DNA of 64,000 bases, from assembly GCF_963921235.1 (NCBI RefSeq), contig NC_086098.1, forward strand, positions 3,100,001 through 3,164,000, read 5' to 3'. The notes beneath the pieces are model-generated. The model was given only the letters and a program-made list of their open reading frames with translations. It was not told the DNA's origin and searched no databases. This document shows, one piece after another, positions 35,456 to 48,710 of the stretch (position 1 is its first letter; each line of letters begins with the position of its first letter). This DNA is from Mobula hypostoma (Eukaryota). A program made the position numbers and the translations under genes.

Positions 35456-36944
35456 GTTGATGCCGCTGATAGGCCAAATTTGTAGACAGGAAGTGATGAT
35501 CATACAAAATGCACTGCACCAGAACGATATGGTATGGCAATTAAAAAACTGCTTACAATACCTTCTAATCATACCACCTACATTCACATCAGAATTATTT
35601 ATATATATTACAAACAATAATCCCTGCATTGATTCAACTCAAGACCAACATCTTCAGGAAATATCCTGGTATTTGCCCCTGTAGCTTGCTGTCTGTTTTT
35701 TCTCATTGTATCTCTCGTTCAGTTCCTGGGACATGTTACTGGATTTGAGGAGAAATTTCAGAAGAAGTTATTGCTGTTGTATATTTAATGAGACTACTAA
35801 CATACACTATGAACAGACCAGCCCACCCAAATGCTGAGGTACATCCTAGGATGCACGGGGACACATCAGCAGTGTCACAGCCTGGGGTCTTTCAACATCA
35901 GATACTCTCGCCCAGGCAACCCAGCCAGTCAGACACTATTCGTTTGGACAGTGAGCAGAAGGAAGTATGTCTTTGGTTTCTCTCGTTCAGCTGGCCAAAC
36001 CTTTCAGGAGCTGAAGTTTATTGATATTTGAAAAGTGTTACTGTTTAGCAAATATTTAAAACAAAATGCATAATTTCAAAATTCACCAGTAAGATAAAGA
36101 CATGATATTATTTGTTCTTTTCTTCTGGAAAAACATATGTCTACAGAGTTAGAAGAACAAAGGAATCACCCATCTTGCACTCAAAAGCTTGAATATTTAA
36201 ATATCAATGAAATTAACCATGTCAGTTTATTAAAAAAAAATCTAAACCAACTCATGAAACGAAAACAGAATGACAAGAGGCAAACCTGGAACTTACAAGA
36301 CAAAAAGACCTCAATTTGGAGCCATATTTTTAAAACAAGTTTATTAGCAATAACGGACAGGGTTTTTTTTTCTTATTTTTCCAGAGCAATCCTGTGGCCT
36401 GTAATCAGCAAGAAACATTTGAGAGTAATCTATTGATACAGTGACTTTTCTCAAACACATATGTCCAATGGCAAGAAGACCTTCCATTGAACATTTTCTA
36501 ACATAAATACATGTGTATAATCTACGCAACCAGTTAACCGGTTATTCAAATATAAACTCAGCCTGATTTTGCAGAGAAATTCCACAATATCAGTGCACAA
36601 TCGTTAGCATTTCCATAGAACCATAGAACATTACAGCACAGGAACAGGCCTTTTGGCCCTATGTAAGGGCCACCAGACATGGAAACAGACAGTGTGTGCA
36701 TGCAACTTGTGAGCAGATATACATCAGCTTCACCGGCAAAGCGCCCTCTTATGAAATCCACCACATTTATGGGTAAGGGCAATTGCCAAAGACCTAAACT
36801 GGGAATCGGTGGGACTTTGTTTTTGGTTAGACCTGCTGAAGGAATATTTTCTCTATACACCTTCACACTTTGAATGTTCATTAGGCCTCTGTTGGTCAGT
36901 GCCAACCACGGATGTTGAATCCTACCTGCCATACACAAGCTTGG

Positions 36945-37312
36945 AAAGCAAGCAGGCTCCCCTTCTCCACGCAGCTGATGAATCCAAAGGAATGGCAGAG
37001 ACCAGTACAGTCTCATACCAGTGGTGTCGCAGGAGTTGACAGTCAGCATTGAATTAAACACCAGACTGTCTTCAGGATTCCAGCTCCAGATTTTTCCCCT
37101 GGGGTTTACTCATGAAGCCTTTTCCATGAGTGGATATAGCCACAAGGTAGCAGAGGACTGAGATCAAGAGCTTTCCTTCTCCCAGGTGAGCTGCCAACTA
37201 TGGCTGGCGAGCCTCATCTGCCCGAAGTGACTGGTTTTGAGGTGCCACTGACCCAGCCAGTCAGTAGAAATGGATCTGCCACTCCACTGAGCCACACGTG
37301 GAGGGCAGGAGC
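36945..37312 (-). mobile_element. RTE-5'UTR-like non-autonomous element, family C (partial)
   Basis: Aligns by eye with 42620-43000. Confidence 0.65.
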
Positions 37313-37877
37313 TTTGAATATTATTTAATAATTTTCAATATTTTTGCAGTAGTGGTGATAGTCAGAATTATACAAAATGCTTCACCATGTTTTCAACACT
37401 TTCATAACCAGCTAAGCATGTGGGAGTGCCTTAGATATCTGCCCAAAATAATTTGAATTCTTTAATGGACAAGACACCCCCCCCCCCGCCGCCCCCACTG
37501 CACCAGGTTATTTATACACAGAAGGCCCTACTATTTCAGGGACTTACGTTTCAGAATGGTGTTCATTTTTGCAACATTGATATCATACTGGATGTTGAGT
37601 TTTTACATAGATTAGCAATAAGTGCACTATTTAATAAGATACAAATAATTATCAAATTAGTTGTACATGATAGTTTGAAGCAATATTGTCCATCTTACAG
37701 CACAGCAAGGCAAAGATTACCCTCTGGTTCAGTTGTTTGGTATAAATTTTGTACAAGGTATGTCAAAAATCATTATCATTATATGCTGTCTTGTATAACG
37801 TGGGTGAACATGGTCTTTCCAAGACCATGACTGCTCTTGGCAAATGCTTCTTCAGAAGTGGTACAAATTACAAAGCA

Positions 37878-38270
37878 GGAGGTGTAAGTGCTCCTTCCTT
37901 CTGCTAGGCTGCAGGTCACCCTGGGAAATGTGTAACACCCACTTACTCCCCCGATCAGGGTCACGTGAAGCCATGAGAGACAGCGGTGGATGATCGTACG
38001 AGCAGCTGGTGAATATCACAAGTCCTGGTCATGGACCGCTGATGCCAGGCGGTCTCTGAAGAGTATTGATAATGGCTGGGGTCACCTGTCTTGTAAAGAC
38101 ACTGCCCAAAAGGAGGCAATGGCAAACCACGTCTGTAGAAAAATTTGCCAAGAATGATCATGGTCATGGAGACCAGGATCACATCACACCATGGCACATA
38201 ATGATGATGGCGATGCTGAAAATGACGATGGTGATGATGATAATAACGATGGTGATAATGATGGCGGCAA
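37878..38270 (+). mobile_element. Family A RTE-like element with (GAT)n tail; inverted 3' fragment at 37770-37860
   Basis: Matches 5082-5418; long ATG/GAT trinucleotide tail. Confidence 0.78.
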
Positions 38271-39547
38271 CTATTGATGAGCAAATGCTATTGTCAAACA
38301 ATTTTTCACTCAGGTCTCTGTGGAATATTCTGGATTGTAAAACTTTGGAACTTCTAACCCATGATATACTATTTACAATATTACAGATCTTCAGCCAATC
38401 AATTTTGGCTTTTGACGTATTCTAGATATACAGAGAAGTCACCAAAGATGCGAATGCCACTCTGACAAATTAAAATATGAAATGTTCCAACTGTAAACAA
38501 TATTTGTAAAATGCAACTCAGAAATGTGTGGAGTGGCAGCATTCTCCTTTCCGTCAAATAGCTCACTGTCAGCTTTAGCCTTTTGGCTCCCACCTATTGC
38601 ATCCTGTGTACTGTCGGGTGGCTCGAATCTCTCCATAGACTGAAATTAATAATAGTGTTACGTGTGAATGAAGAGGCCCATGTTTCTTAGTTCAAAGGCT
38701 AGCTCAGATACAGAAACTGCCAAAATCATTTGCAGCGTGAAGCGTAATGTAAAGAGATTATTCCACTGGTCTATGAGTTACTGTAGCAGACGTGCATATA
38801 CCTGAAGAATATGGGAATCCTAATAGGGGATAAAAGCACCAAAGCAACCATTTATGCATAATAAATGATAATTGTGTCAAGTATTTGATTTTTATCTCTC
38901 AGTGTTGTTATTGCCAGTGTACAGGCTGCATTTTAATCACGGCTCTTGCTGGAAAACGGCTATGGTTACTCATGGAATACATTTTCTGGCAAACTACACC
39001 ATAGTATCAGTCATGACAGCACTTGTATGCAATTGGAAAATGCTCACGAGTTTTGCAGTTGCAATGGGCATTGCACTCCACTGCCGACGTCTGTGAGAAC
39101 TCATTCTCGTAACCGTGCAAAAGTGCTCTAGACTGGCTGCTGTTGATTTGCTGTGCGTGACACAACAAGACTTTCAAGAAGATGATACAATTATGACCAA
39201 GACAGACAGTTTCCAGTCTCTCAAAATTTCTGCTCCACATTTCAAAAATATTTCTCACCAAAAAAAAAGCGACTCACCATCATCAATGACTGAAACCACA
39301 GTTCCTCTCCCAGTGATATTTCTCTTCCAGACAGGCATAACATTGAGGTCAAATCTTTTGGGTGTCCCATATTGTCCTCGGTTATACTGAAAGACAGCAA
39401 ATCTGACAGTCTTTACCTAAGAGTCAAACTGTAACTTTTCAGACATGTTTCAAACAGTTTATGACTGACTATTGTAAAGCTGCCTAAAAAAATCTTCTGC
39501 ACATAAATAAAGTGCAATATTCTGAAAAATCTGGTTTACAACATATA

Positions 39548-39808
39548 TACTTTTATTTCATTTTATTTATTTAGAGATACAGCACGTTAACAGGCCCTTC
39601 CAACCCAAAGAGCTCTCACTGCCTGGTTACACCCATGTGACCAATTAACCTAACCCATACATCTTTGGAATGTGAGAGGAAACCAGAGCACCCGGAGGAA
39701 ACCCACATGGTCACAGGAAGAACGCACAAACTCCTTGCAGGAAGCAGTGGGAATGGAACGTGGGTCCCTGACACAGTAATAACATTACACTTGCCACTAC
39801 ACCACCAC
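39548..39808 (-). mobile_element. V-domain (HE1-like) tRNA SINE
   Basis: TGGTGTAGTGG A-box-like head, GTGGGTTTCCTCCGGGTGCTCTGGTTTCCTC core, CR1-like GGAAGGGCCTGT tail, A-rich end. Confidence 0.85.
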
Positions 39809-40209
39809 AAATAAATGAGATATCATTTTATTTGTAATGCAGGGACAGTCACTTAAAAATTGTAAAGTAATTACTATATTCAAAAAGAAAATCAAATCAG
39901 AGGTGCAGATTGAGTGAAAAGGTGGAAAGAAAATATCAGATATTAGGAAAGAATATGCAGATAAATGAAGAAGAAAAATTGAGGGGAAAGCAAGATTCTG
40001 CTGGGAAATTATATGTAATCTCTTTGGGTTCCCAGACACTACATTACCATCCTGGAATCATTCACAAAGACACCAGCAAGGCCTTTGAACTAACTTGCTT
40101 TGAGGTTTACACAAGCAACCTAGTTAAAAAACTCAAAAAGGTAGCAGGCACTATTTATTTTCTTCCGTAGCCACTTTAAATAACTGGATACGCACACATT
40201 GAAATAGAG

Positions 40210-41122
40210 TCACAGAGTGATAGAACACTACAGCACAGAATCAGGCCCTTTGGCCATTCAGTCTATGCTGAACCATTAAACCTGCTTGCATTTACCCTAT
40301 CTATACCCCTCATAATTTTGTATACCTCTACCAAATCTCCTCTCGGTCTTCTAACCTATTCAATCTTTCTTTATAACCCAGATCCTCCAGACCTGACAAC
40401 ATCCTTGTAGATTTTCACTGAACTCTTTCAATCTTATTTATATCTTTCCTGTATTCCTAATTTGGAGTATTGTGCACTGTTCTGGTATGTAGGTGACCAG
40501 AACAGTGCACAATACTCCAAATTAGGCCTCACCAATGTACAACATCAATATAACATTCCATTTCCTGTACTCAATAGATTGATTTATGAAGACCAATATG
40601 TCAAAAGCTTTCTTTACGTCCCTATCTCCCTGTGACGCCACTTTCAATGAATCTTGAATCTGTATTCCCAGACCGCTTTGTTCTACCACTCTCCTCAGTG
40701 CTCTACCATTCACTGTGTAAGGCTTACCCTGTTTGATGTTACCAAAGTGCAAAATATCACACGTGTCCTCATTAAATTCCATCTGCCATTTTTCAGCCCA
40801 TTTTTTCAGCTGATGCAGATCCCTCTACAAACCATGATAGCCTTCTGCACTGCCCATTACATGAGTTCGGGTGAAAGGTGAAATTTTTAATGGGAACATG
40901 AGGAGGAGCTCCTTCACTCAGAGGGTGGTGAGAGTGTGGAACGAGCTGCAAGAGCAAGTAGTAGATGTGGGTTCAATTTCAACATTTAGGAGAAGTTTGG
41001 ATAGGTACATGGATGGGAGGTGTATGGAGGGCTATGGTCCAGGTACGGGTCAATGGGACTTGACAGATTAATGGTTGGACACGAGATGGTTCTGTACTGT
41101 AGTGTTCTATGACTCTATGACT
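40210..41122. mobile_element. Two CR1 fragments, back to back (40210-40850 minus; 40858-41122 plus)
   Basis: MEFN..C.ILHFG (minus); FTQRVVRVWNEL (plus) with TTCTATGA tail. Confidence 0.85.
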
Positions 41123-42529
41123 TTAACCTCTTCAACCTTTCCCTGTAAAATCCAGCTTTGCCCTATCTTTTTCTCCCCAATCTTTTAACACTATTTTCTG
41201 CCTTGTTTTCCTATTGAATCCTACACTTGATTATTAAAGTAAATATAGTTCACTAAATCTGATAGGAAACAGATCTAGAAGGAATTAATTGGCATTCGTT
41301 ATGGAACCACACGTGCTTCTTTAAGGATAACTTTACAACTTCACTTCACGCACTACAATGAGGAGAAAGGATTTGCATGTATGTAGTATCAGAACCAAAG
41401 AGGTATGGAGGAAATCCTTGCCAATATGTCTTCAAAACAGTGAACAATTCTCCTGGACAACATCTGCTGAACATAAAGCATTTTCACTCCCTCGGCCATG
41501 GTCTTAGTTTGTACAAGAATGTCTGTAACTGATATAAAAATGTCCTATCACACATAAATAAAATAGATTTAAGACACACAATTTAAACGCTTTAATTATT
41601 GCTAAAAGTCCAGTTATAAATATGGTGATTTATATGAAAAGCCATTGTGATCTAAATGCTCAAAGGTAACCTCCGTATAAAATGCCTGGCATCAGTTGGC
41701 TGACTATAACTTGCTGTAAATTGGTAAGCTCTTATCACACTGTGGCCAAAATAGCTGGTATTTGAGAACAGAATATTCACTGTAGAGTTTTGAGTGAAAC
41801 AGGGCTCTTTTGTTCATGTTTCAGGTAATTATAACCAACATGCAAACCTGAATATTGTCCGGAAGGCAGTTCAAAGTCATATTGATTCATCACTCCTACA
41901 ATTAACGTGCTGCTGTTTCCCAGCTGATCAACTTGCCTTCCATTTTGCAGTTGCAGGTGCAGAGATTTAACTTGATATTCCTGAATATACAAGGGGCACT
42001 GCTGATATTTTTGGGGAATAGAATTACAACATGAATCCTGTACTTTTAGTATTGAACTAGCATGAGGTGAATGAAGTGAGAATTGGTGTAAATACGTAGA
42101 TGCAAATTGGTGCTAATTATGGAAAAGCTAAAAGATGTTTTTGCTGTATAGATTTAATGAGATAACTATTTTAACATTGATATTTCAATATTTTACATTG
42201 ATTTCAACAATATTTTAAAACATTCCTTTCTTTTTACTTACATCGCCTCCTCCTAGTTTCCCTCCTCCTTTCCTTTCTCCCATGGTCCACCCTCCTCTCC
42301 TATCAGATTCCTGCTTCTTCAGCCCTTTACCTCTTCCACCTATCACCTCCCAGCTTCTTAATTGCCAGCCTTTATTTTAGGTTTCTCGAGTCTGCAGTTG
42401 TTTTTTATATATAATTTCTTTTTCTGTAACACAGTAAATGAAAATTATCCCACCCACCCACCTTTCCCCCACCAGCTGCCAGCTTCCAATGGTTTAACAT
42501 TTAATTTGTCTGGAGGCCCTCCTCTGGTC

Positions 42530-43104
42530 AGGGCCAACCACGAATGTTGCGTCCCGCCGGTCCAGGGTCCACAAGCCAGGACAGTACGATATGGAGAGCA
42601 AGCTGTTGTCCATGTAGTGGGCTCCCCCCCCCCCGCCTCCACACAGCTGATTATCCCAAAAGAATGGCAGAGACCAATACAATCTGGCACCAGCAGTGTC
42701 GCAGGAGTTGCCAACCAGCGTTCAACTCAACATAAGACTGCCTTAGGGACTCCAGCTCCGGATATTTCCTCAGTGTTGACTCCCACAGCCATCCCCGTGA
42801 TTGGGTAGAGCCGCAAGGCGGTGGAGGTTTGATATCAGAGCTTTCCTTTTCCGAGATGAGCTGCCGACCACGGCTAATGAGCCCCATCTGCCCGAAGCCA
42901 CTGGTTTTAAGGCGCTAGTAACCCTCCTTTGCCCCTTCGCCTGTCAGTAGAAATGGTTCCACCAGGGTCAGCAGCTAAGCCACACATGAAGGCCAGGAGC
43001 TGGACTTGGTTGTCAAAGGCTATTTGAGATGCACACTATTGGGAGCATTTTGTGTGGGAGTTTATCCCCATTACTATCGCTGGCTATAACAATTTTAAGG
43101 AACC
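42530..43104 (-). mobile_element. RTE-5'UTR-like non-autonomous element, family C (longer copy)
   Basis: Second copy at 36945-37312; non-coding; RTE assignment is from recalled resemblance only. Confidence 0.6.
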
Positions 43105-43159
43105 ATGTTTAATCAATACTCTCATTTATAGTGAAGGCTTAAATATAAAAGATATTTTT

Positions 43160-43360
43160 TTCTTCACTTCATCCTCCCTCATTTACTTTCACCTATCACC
43201 TGCCCTCTTTCCCCTCCCCCACCTTTTTATTCCGGCGTCTTCCCCCCTTCCTTTCCAGTCCTGATGAAGGGTCTTGGCCCAAACCATCGACTGCTTATTC
43301 CTCTTCATTGATGCTGCCTGATCTGCTGAGTTCCTCCAGCATTTTTTGTGTGTTGCTTTA
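43160..43360 (+). mobile_element. Penelope pLTR with decayed hammerhead motif
   Basis: CAGTC-CTGATGA-AGGGTCTTGGCCC-AAAC..GACTG. Confidence 0.85.
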
Positions 43361-43689
43361 CCACTGATACTTAAGTAGGTTTAAATAATATTAGACTGGC
43401 AACAATTGATTACTTGTGGTATAAAAGAACTACCTGGGTAATTTTTGCCACAATCAAGTCAGGCTTTAATAGTAGTTATTGTGATTAGAATTTGTATTCA
43501 GTATCCTGTAATCTTTTAATGATTTTATATTTAATTAATATTAAATATGAATATAATTCAGTGAAGGCTTTAATATAAATAGAGAGAACATTTTCTTTAG
43601 AAAATATGTGCAATGGACCATGCTTAAAATCAACCCTATCTGTACTTCACATCAAAGACTGTCGGAACTGTTCACTACAGGGACGCCAC

Positions 43690-43960
43690 AATTGTGGTGG
43701 AGTGGTTAGCACGATGCTGTTACAGCCTGGGATGTCGGAGTTTGGAGTTTAATTCCAGTGCATCTGTAAGGAGTTCATACGGTCTCTCCGTGACTACCTG
43801 ACTTTTCTCCAGGTGCTCTGGTTTCCTCCCACTTTCCAAAGACATACCAGTTAGTAGGTTAATTGGTCATGGTAAATTGTTCTGTCATTAGGTGGGTTGT
43901 TCGTGGTGCAGCTCATTGAACAAGAAGGGCCTGTTCCACACTGTATTTCTGAATAATATA
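43690..43960 (+). mobile_element. V-domain tRNA SINE
   Basis: TGGTGGAGTGGTTAGC head, GGTGCTCTGGTTTCCTCCCAC core. Confidence 0.85.
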
Positions 43961-43989
43961 ACATACACCTTCAGCTGCCAAATTCCAAA

Positions 43990-44130
43990 ACTCTGCAGGT
44001 CAGGCTGCGTCTATGGAGAGCAGTAAAGTCGAGTCCTGATGAAGGGTCTCAGCCCAAAATATCAACTCCTTATTCCCTTCCATAGGTGTTGCCTAACCAA
44101 CTGAGTTCCTCCAGCCTTTTCTGTGTGTTC
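43990..44130 (+). mobile_element. Penelope pLTR with inverted partial copy
   Basis: GCAGGTCAGGC..(inverted) then GTCCTGATGAAGGGTCTCAGCCC..GAGTTCCTCCAGC. Confidence 0.75.
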
Positions 44131-45009
44131 ACAATGTTGCAATTTCTTTCCTAAATCTTCAAGCTTTCAGAACTCACTCACTAAGGGAGTATCCTTATCT
44201 CAGGTAGGCTTTTATAGTGAGGAAATTTACAAACTACTTGTTGACTCAATGTCTGATTATTTCCCAATGAAGTGAAGTGATCTGGGATGCCTTAAATATA
44301 TTGATAGCAGTAATCTGGATGGAAGTTGCTAATGTATGCCAAATTAAGCTTTTGTTAATGTGGTTTTAATAAGATTTCATAGCTTTTGATGTCTAGCAGA
44401 ACTGAGTTGTGGCAATTTCACTAATTATATAAAAAGATCAAAGGCTAGAGAGGGGACAGGTGTGATATAGAATGTTTATAAGGTACAAATTAGTTAATAC
44501 TAATGCAAATGACTCTGTTGTAATTTGCAGAGACTTTGTAACACAGCAGGGCCTCACAATCCGTAGGAGGGCTTTACTATTAAAGTCTGCAAATGAAAAT
44601 TTGTGAGCAAAATGCCCGTGATTTTGCGATAAACTGCTCATTATGTATAGAATCCCACTGAGGCCTGAGGTCTTTCAAAATGACCCCCATGCATAACTAT
44701 GATAAAGTGTTGGAAACACATGGCCAAATTGCACATTTGAGCCTGATACTTACAATGCATTTAAAAAGAATAAAAAATGTGATGTCTGGCCCCAGAATTA
44801 TATCATGAAGGTTTGTATCTGTCTGAAAGTGACTGTACTTCTATCTAAACTTCTAAAAACTGAATTGACAGGATCTTCATACTAAACAATGGTAGAACTT
44901 CTGATCCATTTTATTCAATGAATAACTTCACTGAACACCAAAACATAAAGCTGAACTTGTATTGTTTTCATGCCACTAGCATTTATATAAAAACATGGAA
45001 CAAATTATG

Positions 45010-46087
45010 GAGTACTTGGAATACTTGTAGTGTGCTCAGTTCTGGTCGCCTCACTACAGGAAGGATGTGGAAATGATAGAAAGGGTGCAGAGGGGATTTG
45101 CAACGATGTTGCCTGGATTGGGGAGCATGCCTTATCAGAATAGGTTGAGTGAACTCAGCCTTTTCTCCTTGAAGCGACAGAGGATGAGAGGTGACCTGAT
45201 AGAGGTGTATAAGATAATGAGAGGCGTTGATCGTGTGGATAGTCAGAGGCTTTTTCCAGGGCTAAAATGGCTAGCATGAGAGGGCACAGTTTTAAGGTGC
45301 TTGGAAGTAGGTACAGAGGAGATATCAGGGGTAAGTTTTTTATGCAGAGAGTGGTGAGTGCGTGGAACGGGCTGCCGGCGATGGTGGTGGAGGCAGATAT
45401 GACAGGGTCTTTTAAGAGACTCCTGGATAGGTACATGGAGCTTAGAAAAATAGAGGGCTATCGATAACCCTGGGTAATTTCTAAAGCAGGTACATCTTCA
45501 GCACAGCATTGTGGGCCGAAGGGCCTGTATTGTGCAGTAGTTGTTCTATGTTTCTAAAATATACTACATAGAATAGTACAGCACAGGGACAGGCCATTCA
45601 GCCCACAATGCTGTGCTGAACCAATTAAATTAGTAATCAAATGGCCAACTGATCTAATCCCTTCTGCCTACTCAACGTCCACATCCTTCCATTTTCCTCA
45701 TTCCAGGCATCCACCCTTATATCGCCTTTGAAATTACCCCCTTTCATATTCAATGCCTGCTCTCTGATATCAGACATTTCGACGCTGGGAAAATGATACT
45801 CTCCGGGCCGCTCTAATTTGGAGTGTTGTGTTCAGTTTTGGTCACCTACCTACAGGAAAGATGTAAAGAAGATTGAAAAAGGTTCAGAGAAATTTTCCAA
45901 GAACGTTGCTGGTATTTCAGCACCTGAGTCATAAGAAAGATTGAATAGATTAGAAGTTTATTTATTAGAACACAGAAGATTGAAAGGAGATTAGACAGAG
46001 GTATACAAAATTATGAGGGATATAGATAGGGTATATGCAAGCAGGCTTTTTCCACTGAGGTTGGGTGAGACTACAACTAGAGCTCAT
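45010..46087. mobile_element. Cluster of three CR1 3' fragments (45010-45556 +, 45565-45800 -, 45810-46087 +)
   Basis: IERVQRGF..RMRGDLIEVYKIMRG and tails. Confidence 0.85.
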
Positions 46088-46892
46088 GTATTTAACATTT
46101 CACTAATATTTGAGTAAGATTGTAAATATATTGTTCAATTCTGCATTAGTTGTTTACATAAGTACGTGAATGGCATTTGACATCATGCCACCATGTCATA
46201 AGTAAGCACCTTACTTAAAATAAATCTAAGCATTCCCAAGTCATCCCATCTCCCGCGGTTCCTTTCCATAAGTTACTAGAGCTAGAAAACATAATAGCAG
46301 CAATGAGTCAGTTTTAAAACAAACCCAAGACAACTACCTACTTGCGAAGTGCAGCAGATTTTTTTCTTTGGAAGGGAGGGGAGCGATGGTCAATTAAAAA
46401 GAAGTGCAGCATGTGTTTCTTTGGAAGGGGAGATGGGGGAGTTTAAAAAAGGCAGTAAGACAGACTAAGCTAATAAGCAACGGGTATGGCCACAGTTTGT
46501 AAACTGAATACCAGGTGATAATAATCATAAATAAAAAAACAGATATGGCTGGTCTGGTCGGAAAGATAGACATGCTCAGTTGCACTACAGATAAGTGCAT
46601 ATGCGTACTCAATGAATTGAACAATATTTTGAATCAAATGAAACAGCCAATGAGAAGTGAGGAGCAGTGTTACTGAGTACAATAGGTGGAAAAGTATACA
46701 GTTTGCTCAGTAGTTTAACTGCTCCAAACGGACCGGCCAAAATGAGATTTGCTATTATGTAAATGTAATACAGGATCACTTAGAGCCAAAACCATTATGG
46801 ATTGCAGAACACAGTAGATTTCATAAAGGAAGAAGGGTATGTTTCAACTTTGGTGGCTGAATTGAAAAAGTTACTGAGCATTATCAGCTCAG
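46087..46892 (+). mobile_element. Gypsy/Ty3 LTR-retrotransposon remnant: putative 5' LTR, leader and gag N-terminus
   Basis: From ATG 46545, with frameshifts: MAGLVGKID.., IEQYFESN, VLLSTIGGKVYSLLSSLTAP, HLEPKPLWIAEHSRFHK, VAELKKL; upstream ~210-bp TG-started segment with AATAAA. Confidence 0.75.
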
Positions 46893-47344
46893 TTCAGAAG
46901 ACAAATTGTGCAAATAAAACAGTAAATAATATTGAGAACATGTACTGGAGAACACTTGAAAGTTAGATTGTAGGTTGTGGAAACAGTTCGGCGTTGTGGT
47001 GAGTGATGTGGATTTCTTTGAACCCTAAAGACAAACCTTAGTGACAGTCTATTTTGTGAAATTAGTTGGATAGACACATAAAATAAAGCACTCCATTCCC
47101 CAAACTGGCAGATCCCTGAATGAAGAAGCATAAACTCTACCCTATTCATGTCTTCCATCCTCCAAATGTACAAATTACATGATTGCATTCTGATTCATAT
47201 CCTGAAGGCCTAGGATCAAACATTCACCACCCTTTAACAGACCAATAAAAAACTTGCTTCAATTAGTCTCCAGGGGTCCAATGAAAGGCTTATTACTTGA
47301 ATGGTTTATGCAACCAAAGGCAAGATTTAATTTCCCAAATAGAC

Positions 47345-47822
47345 CTTTCAGTGGCCACTATATTAGGTACACCTGCTTGTTAATACAAATATTTAATCAG
47401 AAAATCATGTGGGGAACATCAGAATGGGGAAGAAATGTGATCTAAGTGACTTTGACCATGGAATGATTGTTGGTGCCAGACAGGGTGGCTTGAGTATTTC
47501 AGAAACTGTAGATCTCCTTGGATTTTCACACACAACAGTCTCTAGAGTTTACAGAGAATGGTGTGACAAAAAAAAAATCCAGTGAGCTGCAGTTCTGTGA
47601 GTGGAAATATATTTTTAATGAGGGAGGTCAGAGGAGAATGGCTGGACTGGTTCAAACTGACAGGAAAGCGACAAGAACTCAAATAACTACACGTTAAAAT
47701 GGTGGTGTGCAGAAGAATAACTCTGAATACACAACATGTCGAACCTTGAAGATGATGGGCTACAGCAGCCCATGAAAATACAAAAATGCACTCCTGTACG
47801 TGAGAAAGTGGCAACTGAGTAT
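47345..47822 (+). mobile_element. Internally deleted Tc1 element (second family)
   Basis: TIR CAGTGGCCACTATATTAGGTACA / TGTACGTGAGAAAGTGGCAACTGAG-TA; MGKKCDLSDFDHGMIVGARQGGLSISETVDLLGFSHTTVSRVYREW from 47424; no DDE domain. Confidence 0.88.
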
Positions 47823-48459
47823 ATATTTCCAGCATGGGAGCTAATAACTAGCAACATACATAACTAGAAATTCAGATGTGTCTTGCCCAGGACATTCAAC
47901 CATCAACTTAACTGGCTGGAAATGCTTGCGCAGATTTCTAACAGCAAAGTTTCAAACTTAAACCTGGAAACTCAACTACAGACCAGTTTTGCTTAATTTC
48001 CTAGGATTATTGGCCAGCATTTCAAAGTGTAAAATGTTAATGCATTCTCTGCATAACTTTGTGTGGGCTGTTCAAGCTGGCATCACACCCATGGAGAACT
48101 CAGATTCATGTTTATATTTCTCATGTACATTGAAACATAAAGTGAAATTTGTTTTGTACTTAAAGCCAACAGACTGGTCAGACACCAGTCACTTGTTTAT
48201 TATAATGTTCTACTTGCTTTTTGATAATTCCAACAGGTCTATTGCAAGCTGGTAGGATTCCAGTTCGCAAAACGAAAGAATATGAGGGGGTGTTATTATT
48301 GGTTGAGATTTAGATGTGAGAAAGTCACTTAGCACAATGACTATAGATCCAAGATATGCAGATGTATAAATGTATTAAAAATAGGAAAAGAATAAAGAAT
48401 GCAATTAAGGGACCCACTGTGACACAATAATCTTTATTTCAGAATCTTAAAGATCAAGC

Positions 48460-48710
48460 GACACGATACTGCAGCAGTTAGCGTAATGCTATTGCAGTGG
48501 CATCGACCTTTTTCCAGATCCCACTGCTGTCCGTAAGGAGTTCATGTGCTCTCCCTATGACTGTGTACGTTTCCGCTGGGAGCTACAGTTTCCTCCCACA
48601 GTCCAAAGACGTACCAGTTGGTCAGTTAATTGGTCACATGGGTGGTAGAGCCTTGTTGGGCCAGAAGAACCTGTTACCATTCTGTATCACTAAGACTAAA
48701 TTTAAATCTA
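48460..48710 (+). mobile_element. V-domain tRNA SINE
   Basis: TTTCCTCCCACAGTCCAAAGACGTACC core. Confidence 0.8.

Noticed and set aside
37961..38425. His-rich and Met-rich ORFs
   Set aside because: Translation of the (GAT)n retroelement tail.
39760..39808. tRNA gene
   Set aside because: tRNA-derived head of a V-SINE; no complete cloverleaf.
42930..43010. Twister fold for family C (GCC, AAGC, GAAGG-like pieces)
   Set aside because: No P4 partner or proper L1/L4; the HDV-like topology fits better.
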